Part shown: positions 10,645 through 21,602 of the stretch, one piece after another
Position numbering within the stretch: the first letter of the stretch is position 1
Layout of the letters: each line of letters starts with the position of its first letter
Assembly: GCF_001457595.1 (NCBI RefSeq)
Contig: NZ_LN831039.1
Coordinates: forward strand, 1,740,001 to 1,772,000
Length of the DNA stretch: 32,000 bases
Direction of reading: 5' to 3'
From: Mycolicibacterium smegmatis
GTDB taxonomy: Bacteria > Actinomycetota > Actinomycetes > Mycobacteriales > Mycobacteriaceae
Notes under the pieces: model-generated
Told to the model about the DNA's origin: nothing
Seen by the model: only the letters and a program-made list of their open reading frames with translations
The model's database searches: none
Program-made: the position numbers and the translations under genes

Positions 10645-12265
10645 GCGGCCCTCCTTGAGGTGTCCGTGTGTGGTTTCTGCTGCGTTCGGTGTTGCGGGCA
10701 TGCGGTAGTTGCTGGTCTGCCCAGCTTTTCCTGTGTGCTCCGGTTGGGCCTGTTCGGCGCGTTGGTCAGGTCGTTGCCGGTAGCGGTGGGCTGTATCCGA
10801 TGGTGTTGCGCCACAACGTGAGCCAGTGCTCTGTCCAGGGCCAGTGCTCGGGGAGGTGCAGGATCGGTCGACGCTGGGGTCGGGCCAGACGGGCGGGAAT
10901 GTTGACGATCTTGCGGCGCAGCGTCGCGCCGCGGGCAACCACGTGGGCACCTCCTGCGAGCACGCCGGCGGCGCGCAGCAGGTTGTGCGCGATCGCCGCG
11001 CACAACACCCACGCACTGTTGGCACCGAACTGTCCTGAGGGCATGTGGGCCAGGGGTCCGTCGATCAGATCGGCGAAGACGGTTTCGATGATCGCGTGCT
11101 GGCGGTGGGTGATGTCAGCCTCGGCGGTCGGCAAGTCTGTGTTGGTGAAGAACGGGTGATACCGCCACACCGGGAACAGCGCGTCCCGAAATCTCGCGTC
11201 TTTGACTCGCCGCACCACCAACCGCGCGGTGAACCGATCTTTGGTAGAGGCGAAGGCGGTGTAGCTGACCTCGGCGACCTCGGCATCAGAAATCCAGTCA
11301 CCGGTGTCGGGATCACGCACTGCACCGGGATAGTTGACCGGCTCCCAGGCCTGCTCGTCGATCGAACTGATGGCCCGATCAACCGCGGTATTGCGGGTCA
11401 TCACCACCGAGAAGTGCGCATTGTGGGCTCGGCAGGCGCCCACCACCGACCGGGTGCCGTAGGACGAATCGCCACGCACCAGCAGTTGCCCGCGCACGCC
11501 GGCGGCGCGGGCGGTGGCGATGGCTTGGGCGACCATGCGGCCCGCACCCTTCCCGGAACTGGTCTTACCGGCGCGCAGCCGCATCCCGGCGATCACCGGC
11601 GCCGCTCCGGGGGTGCTGATCGTCGTCGCCAACGGGGAGAGCCCTTTACGCAGAACCTGCTTACCAGCGATCTTGGTATGCCCGTAGGAGGCACCCTGTT
11701 TGGCGTGGCCATAGACCGGGCGCAGCAGTGAGTCGATGTCGATGAACGCCCCCGTGTCGGATCCGGGCAGCAGGTCCACCCGCGCACAGAGTGCGGCCAG
11801 ATGATGACGCAGGACCGACTCCAACTGCCGGGCGTGTCCGAAGGTGAACTCCCGCAACAGTGTTCCGATCGTCGATGGTGCATAGACCCCATCGAAGAGC
11901 GTCTTCATCCCGCCGCCACGCACGAGGTCGAGGTCATCAATGCTGTCGGCGCCGGCGCACATTCCGGCGACCACGGTGAGCAGCTTCGGCGACGGGTTGG
12001 CCGACCCGGACTTGATCCGTGGTTCGCTGATACGAACCTTGTCGGCCAGCAACTGTGACAGCCCGGTCTGGGTGGCCAGCGTCATTACCGGCACCAGACC
12101 GGCGCACGACACGAGATGGGCATCATCGAAGACCGCCGACGACGCAGCGAACCTATGGGACACTTTCACCGGAAGTGCCTTTCGAAGTTGTGCCGATAAG
12201 TGCCTAGAGAACACTCATCATCACAGCTCAGAAGGCACTTTCCTCGTCACGACACCCTGCGACCA
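10645..12265 (-). mobile_element. IS1380-like insertion sequence (boundaries approximate)
   Basis: One transposase ORF with short flanking noncoding ends. Candidate weak terminal repeats are GAGGTGTCCGTG (about 10656) and the complement of CACGACACCCTG (about 12258). No target duplication was confirmed. Confidence 0.7.
10766..12214 (-). CDS. IS1380-family transposase
   Basis: KVSHRFAASSAVFDDAHLVSCAGLVPVM...DIDSLLRPVYGHAKQGASYGHTKIAGKQVLRKGLSPLATTISTPGAAPVIA...RGDSSYGTR; the true start may be the GTG at 12169 (VKVSHRF). Confidence 0.88.
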   Translation of the reverse strand: MFSRHLSAQLRKALPVKVSHRFAASSAVFDDAHLVSCAGLVPVMTLATQTGLSQLLADKVRISEPRIKSGSANPSPKLLTVVAGMCAGADSIDDLDLVRGGGMKTLFDGVYAPSTIGTLLREFTFGHARQLESVLRHHLAALCARVDLLPGSDTGAFIDIDSLLRPVYGHAKQGASYGHTKIAGKQVLRKGLSPLATTISTPGAAPVIAGMRLRAGKTSSGKGAGRMVAQAIATARAAGVRGQLLVRGDSSYGTRSVVGACRAHNAHFSVVMTRNTAVDRAISSIDEQAWEPVNYPGAVRDPDTGDWISDAEVAEVSYTAFASTKDRFTARLVVRRVKDARFRDALFPVWRYHPFFTNTDLPTAEADITHRQHAIIETVFADLIDGPLAHMPSGQFGANSAWVLCAAIAHNLLRAAGVLAGGAHVVARGATLRRKIVNIPARLARPQRRPILHLPEHWPWTEHWLTLWRNTIGYSPPLPATT

Positions 12266-12703
12266 GCCAATTCATCGGTGGATCGAGGCTTAGCCGCTGA
12301 CAGCGAAGATCAATGTGATGTAGCTAACAGCAGGGCTAAATTGTGCAGGTGGGTGGGGTTTATGTCAATCCGGCAAAGGGGTCGTTCTTGCGGGCGCGAA
12401 TATTGCGGTTGCCCGTATGGGAGTTGATCTTTCGAACACGCTGCACAACGAACTCCTGGCGCCGAGCGGGCCGCCGGGAAAAGGCTGAAAACGGCTACAT
12501 GAGATCACGCTATCGCGTATTAAAAAACGGCTCCGACGCACCCTGCCGAGGTGTTTCGTTTGTTGAATGGATCGAGTCTGGCAGGGGGCGTGGGACCGAT
12601 ACGGGGCCGGATATTCGTGGGCATGCCGGCGCCGGCGTTCGCGCTCGTACCCGTGCTGGTCTTCGGTCTCGACCGCGTGGGGTGAGTCGGGCAGGATGCT
12701 GCC

Positions 12704-13507
12704 ATGGTGCGTAAGCAGTTCGAACGGGACTGGCCCGGAGATCCGCATGCGGCGTGGCGCGAGGCCGCGAACGCCACCATGACCTGCCGAACCCATTCGC
12801 TGCCACGTCCGGCGCTGCCGGATTGGCGGGATTTCGACGTCTTCACGCGCCAGGTCTCGGTGCCACCCACGACACCGTCGCCGCTCGGCACGGTCGGCGT
12901 CGGGCTGTTCTTCGTCCTCTGCGCCTGGCTGAAGGACTTCCGCGGCTTCTTCGGGATCGGCTTCGCGGTGCTTGCTGCGCTGCTGGTGATCGCTGGGCTC
13001 TGCTTCCTGTGGTACGAGCGTCCCCGTCAGCAGCAGCGGCGCGTATGCCGCGTCTACGGCCGCTGCCTCGCACACGGTGTCGGCGGACACGCGTACCGAA
13101 CCTCGTTCGCATACATCTGGGGCGAGAATTCGAGCACCGAGACGACCACGTCCCTGCTGATCGACGAGCGCTTGCCCGACGACGCGGCCGCGCAGTTGCA
13201 GCACGCGGTGCGGATCTGGCTGGCACGCGTGCTCGCCGATCCCCACATGAAGTCGCAAGCCGCCGACGCTTACGAAAACCGCTTCGTCGTACCCGTATCC
13301 GAGATCTTCGGACCCGAGGCGACAGGCGCGTGGCTGATCAGGGATCAAGAGGAGGACGACACGCCGTGGCGACTGCTGATCGATCGGCCGAACGGGGTGC
13401 GTGAGTACCTGTTCGACGAGATCCTCGTCGTCCGCGGACGGCAGGGGCGCCTGTATCTCGACGAGCCACGGCATGATGAGATCGGTGACCGCATGCCTCA
13501 TTTCTGA
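12704..13507 (+). CDS. conserved hypothetical membrane protein
   Basis: 267-aa ORF with two hydrophobic stretches (TVGVGLFFVLCAWL, FGIGFAVLAALLVIAGLCFLWY). The antisense ORFs lack recognisable domains. Confidence 0.7.
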   Translation: MVRKQFERDWPGDPHAAWREAANATMTCRTHSLPRPALPDWRDFDVFTRQVSVPPTTPSPLGTVGVGLFFVLCAWLKDFRGFFGIGFAVLAALLVIAGLCFLWYERPRQQQRRVCRVYGRCLAHGVGGHAYRTSFAYIWGENSSTETTTSLLIDERLPDDAAAQLQHAVRIWLARVLADPHMKSQAADAYENRFVVPVSEIFGPEATGAWLIRDQEEDDTPWRLLIDRPNGVREYLFDEILVVRGRQGRLYLDEPRHDEIGDRMPHF

Positions 13508-13549
13508 ACAGCGCCAGGCACGCATGAGTTCGAACAGGCGAGGTGGACG

Positions 13550-14347
13550 ATGAGCGAACCGCTGTTGCTGCAGGACCGCGACGAACGCGGCGTGGTCACG
13601 CTGACCTTGAACCGGCCGCAGGCGTTCAACGCGCTTTCCGAGGCGATGCTCGCGGCGCTGGGTGAGGCGTTCGGCACGCTCGCCGAGGATGAGTCGGTGC
13701 GCGCCGTGGTGCTTGCGGCGTCCGGAAAGGCGTTCTGCGCCGGGCACGATCTGAAAGAGATGCGCGCCGAGCCCTCGCGTGAGTACTACGAGAAGCTGTT
13801 CGCACGGTGCACCGACGTCATGCTCGCGATCCAGCGCCTTCCGGCGCCGGTGATCGCACGTGTGCACGGCATCGCGACCGCTGCCGGCTGCCAGCTCGTC
13901 GCGATGTGTGATCTCGCGGTGGCCACCCGCGACGCGCGATTCGCCGTCAGCGGGATCAACGTCGGGCTCTTCTGCTCGACCCCGGGAGTGGCGCTGTCGC
14001 GCAACGTCGGCCGCAAAGCCGCGTTCGAGATGCTGGTGACCGGCGAATTCGTCTCGGCGGACGACGCGAAGGGTCTCGGCCTGGTCAACCGCGTCGTCGC
14101 GCCGAAGGCGCTCGACGACGAGATCGAGGCGATGGTCAGCAAGATCGTGGCCAAGCCCCGCGCCGCCGTCGCGATGGGCAAGGCGCTGTTCTACCGCCAG
14201 ATCGAGACCGACATCGAGTCGGCCTACGCCGATGCGGGCACCACGATGGCGTGCAACATGATGGACCCCAGTGCGCTGGAAGGCGTTTCGGCCTTCCTCG
14301 AGAAGCGCCGCCCCGAATGGCACACCCCGCAGCCCTCAACGGCGTAG
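13550..14347 (+). CDS. enoyl-CoA hydratase/isomerase family protein
   Basis: Crotonase fold signatures: LTLNRPQAFNALSEAM, GKAFCAGHDLKEM, AGCQLVAMCDLAVATRDARFAVSGINVGLFCSTPG. Confidence 0.95.
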   Translation: MSEPLLLQDRDERGVVTLTLNRPQAFNALSEAMLAALGEAFGTLAEDESVRAVVLAASGKAFCAGHDLKEMRAEPSREYYEKLFARCTDVMLAIQRLPAPVIARVHGIATAAGCQLVAMCDLAVATRDARFAVSGINVGLFCSTPGVALSRNVGRKAAFEMLVTGEFVSADDAKGLGLVNRVVAPKALDDEIEAMVSKIVAKPRAAVAMGKALFYRQIETDIESAYADAGTTMACNMMDPSALEGVSAFLEKRRPEWHTPQPSTA

Positions 14348-14544
14348 GCGCGGACTCAACGCGCCGCGTGCGCAGAACAGCGTGCCCACCGTGCTGGTGC
14401 ACGAGAGCCGTTGCAGCACACCACTTTGCAACAGTGGAACCGGTAGCCGGTTCATCGGTGCGCCCTCGTGCATCCGGCCGGCCCACGTCGCGCACAGCAC
14501 CAGACCGCCGAGTCGCTACGCGACGGCGGCGAACATCCGGACGC

Positions 14545-15276
14545 TCACGGCTTGAAGTCGCTCAGCGCTTGGACCGCGACGGCGTGGAGTTCCTCGTACG
14601 GTTCGGACAGCAGGGACTTGGCCAGGCGCGAGTCGTCGTCGGCGAGCACCTCGAACGCGCCGGAGAGCACGCCGTCGAGGGACTGTTCGACAACGCTTTC
14701 GGCAGAGACCTTGGGCATGTCCCACCGGGCTGACATGGCTGTGTCGACCATGCCGACCACCACAGCCGTCACCGTGGTGCCTTGCGCCGTGAGCTCGGCG
14801 CGCATGGCGTTGGTGGCCGACCATGCGGCGGCTTTCGACGCCGCATATGCCGTCGGCACCGGGATCCAGATCGCGGCGGACAGGACGTTGAGGAAGGCGC
14901 CGCCGCCGTTGCCGGCGAGGAGGGGCGCGAACGCGCGCGCGACACGGAGCGTGCCGAAGAAGTTGGTCTCGAAGACGCGGCGGGTGATCTCGTCGTCCTG
15001 GGTGAGCACCGACCTGTCGTCTTCCGGTGCGATGGCGGCGTTGTTGATCACCAGGTCGACATCCCGCGCGGCGGCCGCGGCCGCGGTGATCGACTGCGGA
15101 TCGGTGAGGTCGAGCGTGAGCGGCGCCACGCGCGCGTCTTCCCACGGGTGGGGCCGCCGGGCGGTCGCGTAGACCCGCGCCGCACCGCGCGCGAGCGCCT
15201 GTCGGACGAATTCCTCGCCGAGACCGCCGTTCGCGCCGGTGATGAGTACTTTTCTGCCGTCGAGCCGTTGAGTCAT
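14545..15276 (-). CDS. short-chain dehydrogenase/reductase (SDR)
   Basis: GANGGLGEEFV glycine motif, NNAAI, YAASKAA catalytic YxxxK. Confidence 0.93.
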   Translation of the reverse strand: MTQRLDGRKVLITGANGGLGEEFVRQALARGAARVYATARRPHPWEDARVAPLTLDLTDPQSITAAAAAARDVDLVINNAAIAPEDDRSVLTQDDEITRRVFETNFFGTLRVARAFAPLLAGNGGGAFLNVLSAAIWIPVPTAYAASKAAAWSATNAMRAELTAQGTTVTAVVVGMVDTAMSARWDMPKVSAESVVEQSLDGVLSGAFEVLADDDSRLAKSLLSEPYEELHAVAVQALSDFKP

Positions 15277-15303
15277 GGCGTGTTCCGTCCCGGATTAGAG
15301 TAA

Positions 15304-15349
15304 GTGGGGACGATCCCCACGTAAGTAGTTATGTGGGGAGACTCCCCAT
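15304..15349. promoter_or_regulatory. tandem palindromic operator pair between SDR and TetR genes
   Basis: GTGGGGA-CGA-TCCCCAC (15304-15320) and GTGGGGA-GAC-TCCCCAT (15333-15349). Confidence 0.7.
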
Positions 15350-15372
15350 TTATTCCTGAGGAGACGAAACTG

Positions 15373-15942
15373 GTGACCGAGACGCCCGTCCGTCGACGTC
15401 GCGCCGACGCGCAGCGCAATCGCGACGCGATACTGCGCGCGGCGAGGGAGGCCTTCGAGACCGACGGGATCTTCGCGCCGCTGGACAGCATCGCGACCGC
15501 GGCGGGGGTGGGTAACGCGACGCTGTACCGGAATTTCCCGACCCGCGACGACCTGCTCAGGGCGGTCCTGGAGGACGGGGTCGCGGAAATGGTCGCCGAA
15601 TCGGAGGCCTATGAGCGGCACTCTGACGCCGAAGAAGCGTTGCGCGACTGGCTGTTTCGGGTCACGTGGGCGCTGCGCATCTGGCACGACCTGCCGAACT
15701 GCATCGCCACCGCGCACGACGACGCCGGGTCGCCGGTGCGCCCGGTCACCGACCGGTTGGCCGACCGCACGGCCCAGCTTCTCGACAACTACCGCGCCGG
15801 CAAGGGCCCCTCACCGGTCACGGCCGAGGAATTGTTCCAACTCGTGACGGCGGTGTCCTGGGCCGTCGACCGGTTCGGTGACGATCAGGACCGCGCCCGT
15901 AGAAGGCTGGAGTTCGCGACTGCCGGCCTTTTCGATTCTTGA
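15373..15942 (+). CDS. TetR/AcrR family transcriptional regulator
   Basis: RRADAQRNRDAILRAAREAFETDGIFAPLDSIATAAGVGNATLYRNFPTRDDLLRAV helix-turn-helix. A GTG start at 15373 is preferred because the ATG at 15331 would overlap the second operator. Confidence 0.93.
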   Translation: MTETPVRRRRADAQRNRDAILRAAREAFETDGIFAPLDSIATAAGVGNATLYRNFPTRDDLLRAVLEDGVAEMVAESEAYERHSDAEEALRDWLFRVTWALRIWHDLPNCIATAHDDAGSPVRPVTDRLADRTAQLLDNYRAGKGPSPVTAEELFQLVTAVSWAVDRFGDDQDRARRRLEFATAGLFDS

Positions 15943-16024
15943 AACGCCGACCGTGGGCGCTGTGCACGCTTTTCAGCGCATTCGTGTGCACAGGACCCAC
16001 GGTGGCCGGAAGAAGAAGTGACAA

Positions 16025-16047
16025 AGACCCCTATTTGATAGGGGTCT
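16025..16047. terminator. hairpin terminator between convergent TetR gene and whiB3
   Basis: AGACCCCTA-TTTGA-TAGGGGTCT, a perfect 9-bp stem; the minus-direction 3' side is more T-rich. Confidence 0.65.
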
Positions 16048-16065
16048 CTGTGCGTTTGCTGTGGG

Positions 16066-16356
16066 CTAGGCGCTGCGGCGAATTCCGCGCTTGAGCAGAA
16101 GCTCACGCTCGGATTCGCTGAGACCGCCCCAAATGCCGTACGGCTCGCCCACCGCCAGCGCGTGCGAGCGGCACTGCGCGATCACCGGGCAACTGCGACA
16201 CATTTCCTTCGCACGCATCTCACGCTGGGCCCGTGCACGTCCACGCTCGCCGTCCGGGTGGAAGAACATCGACGAGTCGACGCCACGGCAAAGTCCTCGC
16301 ATCTGCCAATCCCAGATGTCCGCATTCGGACCGGGTAGTTGCTGCGGCTGCGGCAT
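16066..16356 (-). CDS. whiB3: WhiB-family iron-sulfur redox regulator WhiB3
   Basis: Four Cys (C..CxxCxxxxxC arrangement in LCRG...MCRSCPVIAQC), GIWGG turn, N-terminus MPQPQQLPGPNADIWDWQMRG, and neighbourhood with sigD and guaB. Confidence 0.93.
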   Translation of the reverse strand: MPQPQQLPGPNADIWDWQMRGLCRGVDSSMFFHPDGERGRARAQREMRAKEMCRSCPVIAQCRSHALAVGEPYGIWGGLSESERELLLKRGIRRSA

Positions 16357-16789
16357 TATGGAAAACCCCTCCCTGCGCGCTCATTTCGAAACTGAACGCG
16401 TGCGTGAGTCGGTGGAATCAGACTGAGCATGTGTCGCCGGTGACCTGCCGTGCACACAAACTAGGGGCGCTCAATAAAAACCGTCAATACCCTGAGCGTG
16501 TGCTCAACCGCATAACGGCAGGTCCAGAATTTACATCACGTTCATCGTTCTGAAGCGCTGCCCGAGACAACCGTGTTAGGGGGCAAGGGCAGGCTAACCC
16601 GTTTCCGCTGATCGTGCAGCGCGAGTAATACGCGGCATTTCCTAGCGTCTGGCAGTTAGTTGACACGGCAGTAACATTCGCGGCATGAACTGTTAACTAT
16701 TGTTGTTTGCACAACATTCATGTGCGTATCCCGCGGTGCCGGTTCCGGTGGACCCCCGCCGGAGCAGGTGTTGATAGCGTCCCGAACCG

Positions 16790-17596
16790 ATGTCCGCTAT
16801 TGACGACGTGACCGCAACGCTGGCCGAGGCGGCGTTCGGTGACGATCCCGGCCGGTGGCCCCTACCGAGCGCGTCCACACCGCACGAGCGCTGGCTACGC
16901 GCCGTGGCTGCAGGCGGACAGGGGCGGTACAACTGCGCCTTGACCGAACTCGCCGAGCTTATCCGGGCCGAGCGGGGTTCGCTGGGTACTCCGCTCGTCT
17001 CGCTGGCCCACAGCACCCGCGCATCGTTTCTGCGTCAACTCGGCTGGCACACCCGCGCGCGCGGAGCCGACGGGCTGGCGTGGGCGCACCGGGGCACGGA
17101 TCCCGAGGCCGCCGCCGACGCGCTCGTGGGACTCGCCGCCGACGCCCTCGGGGTGGGACGGTTCGCGGCGTCGGCGCGGTTGCTGGAGCGTGCGCGCACC
17201 GAACTCGGCGACGTGAGTGCGCGCGTCGCGGTGCGCACCGCGTGGGTGAGCGCCGAACTGGCGATGGTGACGGGCGACGGCCCCACCGCGGTGGTCCACG
17301 CCGAACGCGGGGTCGCGGCCGCGGCCGAATACACCTCCATGCGGCACACCATCAAGTCCGACGTGGTTATGGCGGCCGCGCTGTGCAGTGCCGGGCGGCT
17401 CGACGACGCGCGGGTGGTTGCCGACAGGGCGCTGCAGGCAACCGCTGATAACGGGTTGATCCCGCTGCGTTGGGCGCTGGCGTGTCTGCTCGCCGACATA
17501 GGAAGTACGGCTCACACTCTCGAAGAGGTCCGCGAAATCCGCGACGGCACCGCCGATACAGTGCGTCGCAGAGGTGGCGTGTGGTCGAGTCACTGA
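16790..17596 (+). CDS. conserved hypothetical protein, helical/TPR-like
   Basis: 268-aa Ala/Leu-rich ORF with repeat-like helical pairs; sits between whiB3 and sigD. Confidence 0.75.
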   Translation: MSAIDDVTATLAEAAFGDDPGRWPLPSASTPHERWLRAVAAGGQGRYNCALTELAELIRAERGSLGTPLVSLAHSTRASFLRQLGWHTRARGADGLAWAHRGTDPEAAADALVGLAADALGVGRFAASARLLERARTELGDVSARVAVRTAWVSAELAMVTGDGPTAVVHAERGVAAAAEYTSMRHTIKSDVVMAAALCSAGRLDDARVVADRALQATADNGLIPLRWALACLLADIGSTAHTLEEVREIRDGTADTVRRRGGVWSSH

Positions 17597-17685
17597 GCCG
17601 GTCCCCACACAGCCGATCGTTATTGTTTAGCTGAGCCAACCGCCGCGAGTGTCGGTGCCAAGTAACGCTGGAGAGATCGCCCACG

Positions 17686-18264
17686 ATGACAAGTTCGGGA
17701 GACCGTCTCGACGCTGTCGTTGCTGAGGCCGTGGCCGGCGATCGAGATGCGCTCCGGGAAGTGCTGGAGATCATTCGGCCGATCATCGTCAGGTATTGCC
17801 GGGCGAGGATCGGAGCAACCGAGCGAAGTGGTCTTTCAGCTGATGACGTTGCGCAGGAGGTGTGCTTGGCCGCCATAACGGCGTTGCCGCGATACAGGGA
17901 TCAGGGACGTCCATTCCTGGCCTTTGTGTACGGCATTGCTGCGCACAAGGTTGCTGACGCGCATCGCGCGGCAGCCAGGAACCGCGCCGAACCGACCGAT
18001 GTGGTGCCGGAGCGGTTCTCGCTGGACACCGGGCCCGAGCAATCCGCCATCGACTCCGAATCCTCGGCCCGGATGGCGAAACTGCTCTCGGTACTCCCCG
18101 AGAAGCAACGCGAGATCTTGATCCTGCGTGTCGTCGTCGGCATGAGCGCCGAAGAGACCGCAGAGGCCGTCGGCAGCACTGCCGGCGCGGTCCGGGTCGC
18201 CCAGCACCGGGCGCTGGCCCGGTTGAAGACGGAGATCATGGCGACAGGACGTGATCATGCCTGA
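17686..18264 (+). CDS. sigD: ECF RNA polymerase sigma factor SigD
   Basis: Sigma region 2 (DDVAQEVCLAAITALPRYRDQGRPFLAFVYGIAAHKVADAHR) and region 4 (LPEKQREILILRVVVGMSAEETAEAVGSTAGAVRVAQHRALARLK). Confidence 0.95.
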   Translation: MTSSGDRLDAVVAEAVAGDRDALREVLEIIRPIIVRYCRARIGATERSGLSADDVAQEVCLAAITALPRYRDQGRPFLAFVYGIAAHKVADAHRAAARNRAEPTDVVPERFSLDTGPEQSAIDSESSARMAKLLSVLPEKQREILILRVVVGMSAEETAEAVGSTAGAVRVAQHRALARLKTEIMATGRDHA

Positions 18265-19459
18265 CTTCGGACGCTGGACATCGAACGGCGGTGACCCGTC
18301 GCTCAACGAGATCAACCGCACCGACCGCTTCATCGAAGCCCTGTCGCTGGAACAGCCCGTCTATTCGACCGATCCGGAAGAGGCCGAACTGGCCTTCCTG
18401 TTGGCGGGCTGGCGCGACGACGTCCGTCAGGCGCCCATGACGGGCATCATCAACCCGCGCGAGGCGGTCGTGGCGCTCGATCGTGCCGTGGCACGCAACC
18501 GCCCGCGCCTGCCGTTGGCGCTGGTGGGTTCGGCGGCGGCCGCGGTGCTGTGCCTGGGCGGATTCGGCGCGGCCGTGTACGGCTCGAGTCCCGGCGACGC
18601 GCTCTACGGTCTGCGCGGCATGATCTTCGGCGAGCAGGCCACCCGCGACGTGCAGGTCGAGCTGGCGTCGACCGAGTTGGAGCAGGTCCAGCAGCTGATC
18701 GACCAGGGCGACTGGCAGGCGGCTCAGCAGAAGCTGCAGACCCTGACCACCACGGTCGCCACGGTCAACGACGAGGCGCAGAAGCAACAGCTGGTCACGC
18801 AGTGGCAGCAGTTGTCGGTCAAGGTCGAGAACCAGGATCCGAATGCCACGGTGGCGCCGGACGCGCCGCCACCGGTGTTCCCCGAAGTGACGATCACGCC
18901 GCCCGCGCCGACGGATACGTCGGCGGTGGAGACGACGCCGGAGTCGGCGACCCCGTCGGAGCCCACCTCACCGGGCGAGTCGGCGACCCCGAGCGACACA
19001 AGCGACACGTCGGAGCCGTCGAGTGAGACGACCGTGCCGTCGAGCCCGACGCCGAGTACTGCGCCGTCGTCGAGCGTGCCGACCGCCACCTCCCAGACCC
19101 CGCCATCCACTCAGGCGCCGACCTCGACGCCCACGTCCGGCACCGCGGTGCCGCTGCCGTCGCCGGTCGAGGACGAAGAGCCCGCAGAAGAGCCGGAACC
19201 GACGTCGGTGCCGCAGGCCCCGACGAGTGCCCCGGCCGAGCCCGCGGAGCCGTCCGGGCCTCCCGGGGATCCGGCGCGTCCTCCCGTGACGGCCACCACG
19301 ACCGTGACGTTGCCCACGCAGGCGGGGCCGGCGCAGGGCCCGAACGGCCGCGGTAACGGCCCGGGCAATGGTGCGAAGCCGGCAGAACCTGCGCAGCCGA
19401 AAGCGCCCGAAGAACCTGCGGTCCAGGTCCCGCTGCTGCCGGGTATGGGTGAGAACTGA
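18257..19459 (+). CDS. rsdA: anti-sigma-D factor RsdA
   Basis: Overlaps the 3' end of sigD; MPDFGRWTSNGGDPSLNEINRTDRFIEAL, one TM segment (LALVGSAAAAVLCLGGFGAAVYG), and a long Pro/Thr/Ser-rich extracytoplasmic tail. Confidence 0.9.
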   Translation: MPDFGRWTSNGGDPSLNEINRTDRFIEALSLEQPVYSTDPEEAELAFLLAGWRDDVRQAPMTGIINPREAVVALDRAVARNRPRLPLALVGSAAAAVLCLGGFGAAVYGSSPGDALYGLRGMIFGEQATRDVQVELASTELEQVQQLIDQGDWQAAQQKLQTLTTTVATVNDEAQKQQLVTQWQQLSVKVENQDPNATVAPDAPPPVFPEVTITPPAPTDTSAVETTPESATPSEPTSPGESATPSDTSDTSEPSSETTVPSSPTPSTAPSSSVPTATSQTPPSTQAPTSTPTSGTAVPLPSPVEDEEPAEEPEPTSVPQAPTSAPAEPAEPSGPPGDPARPPVTATTTVTLPTQAGPAQGPNGRGNGPGNGAKPAEPAQPKAPEEPAVQVPLLPGMGEN

Positions 19460-19489
19460 CGTCAGTGCGACGTCGGTGAGCGCTGAAGG

Positions 19490-21583
<2,094 letters not shown>

Positions 21584-21602
21584 ACAGGGGGACCCTTCAG
21601 TC

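Noticed and set aside
12365-14323. 652-aa minus-strand ORF
   Set aside because: Antisense to an enoyl-CoA hydratase and a membrane protein gene; translation is Arg/Ala/Glu-rich with no recognisable fold.
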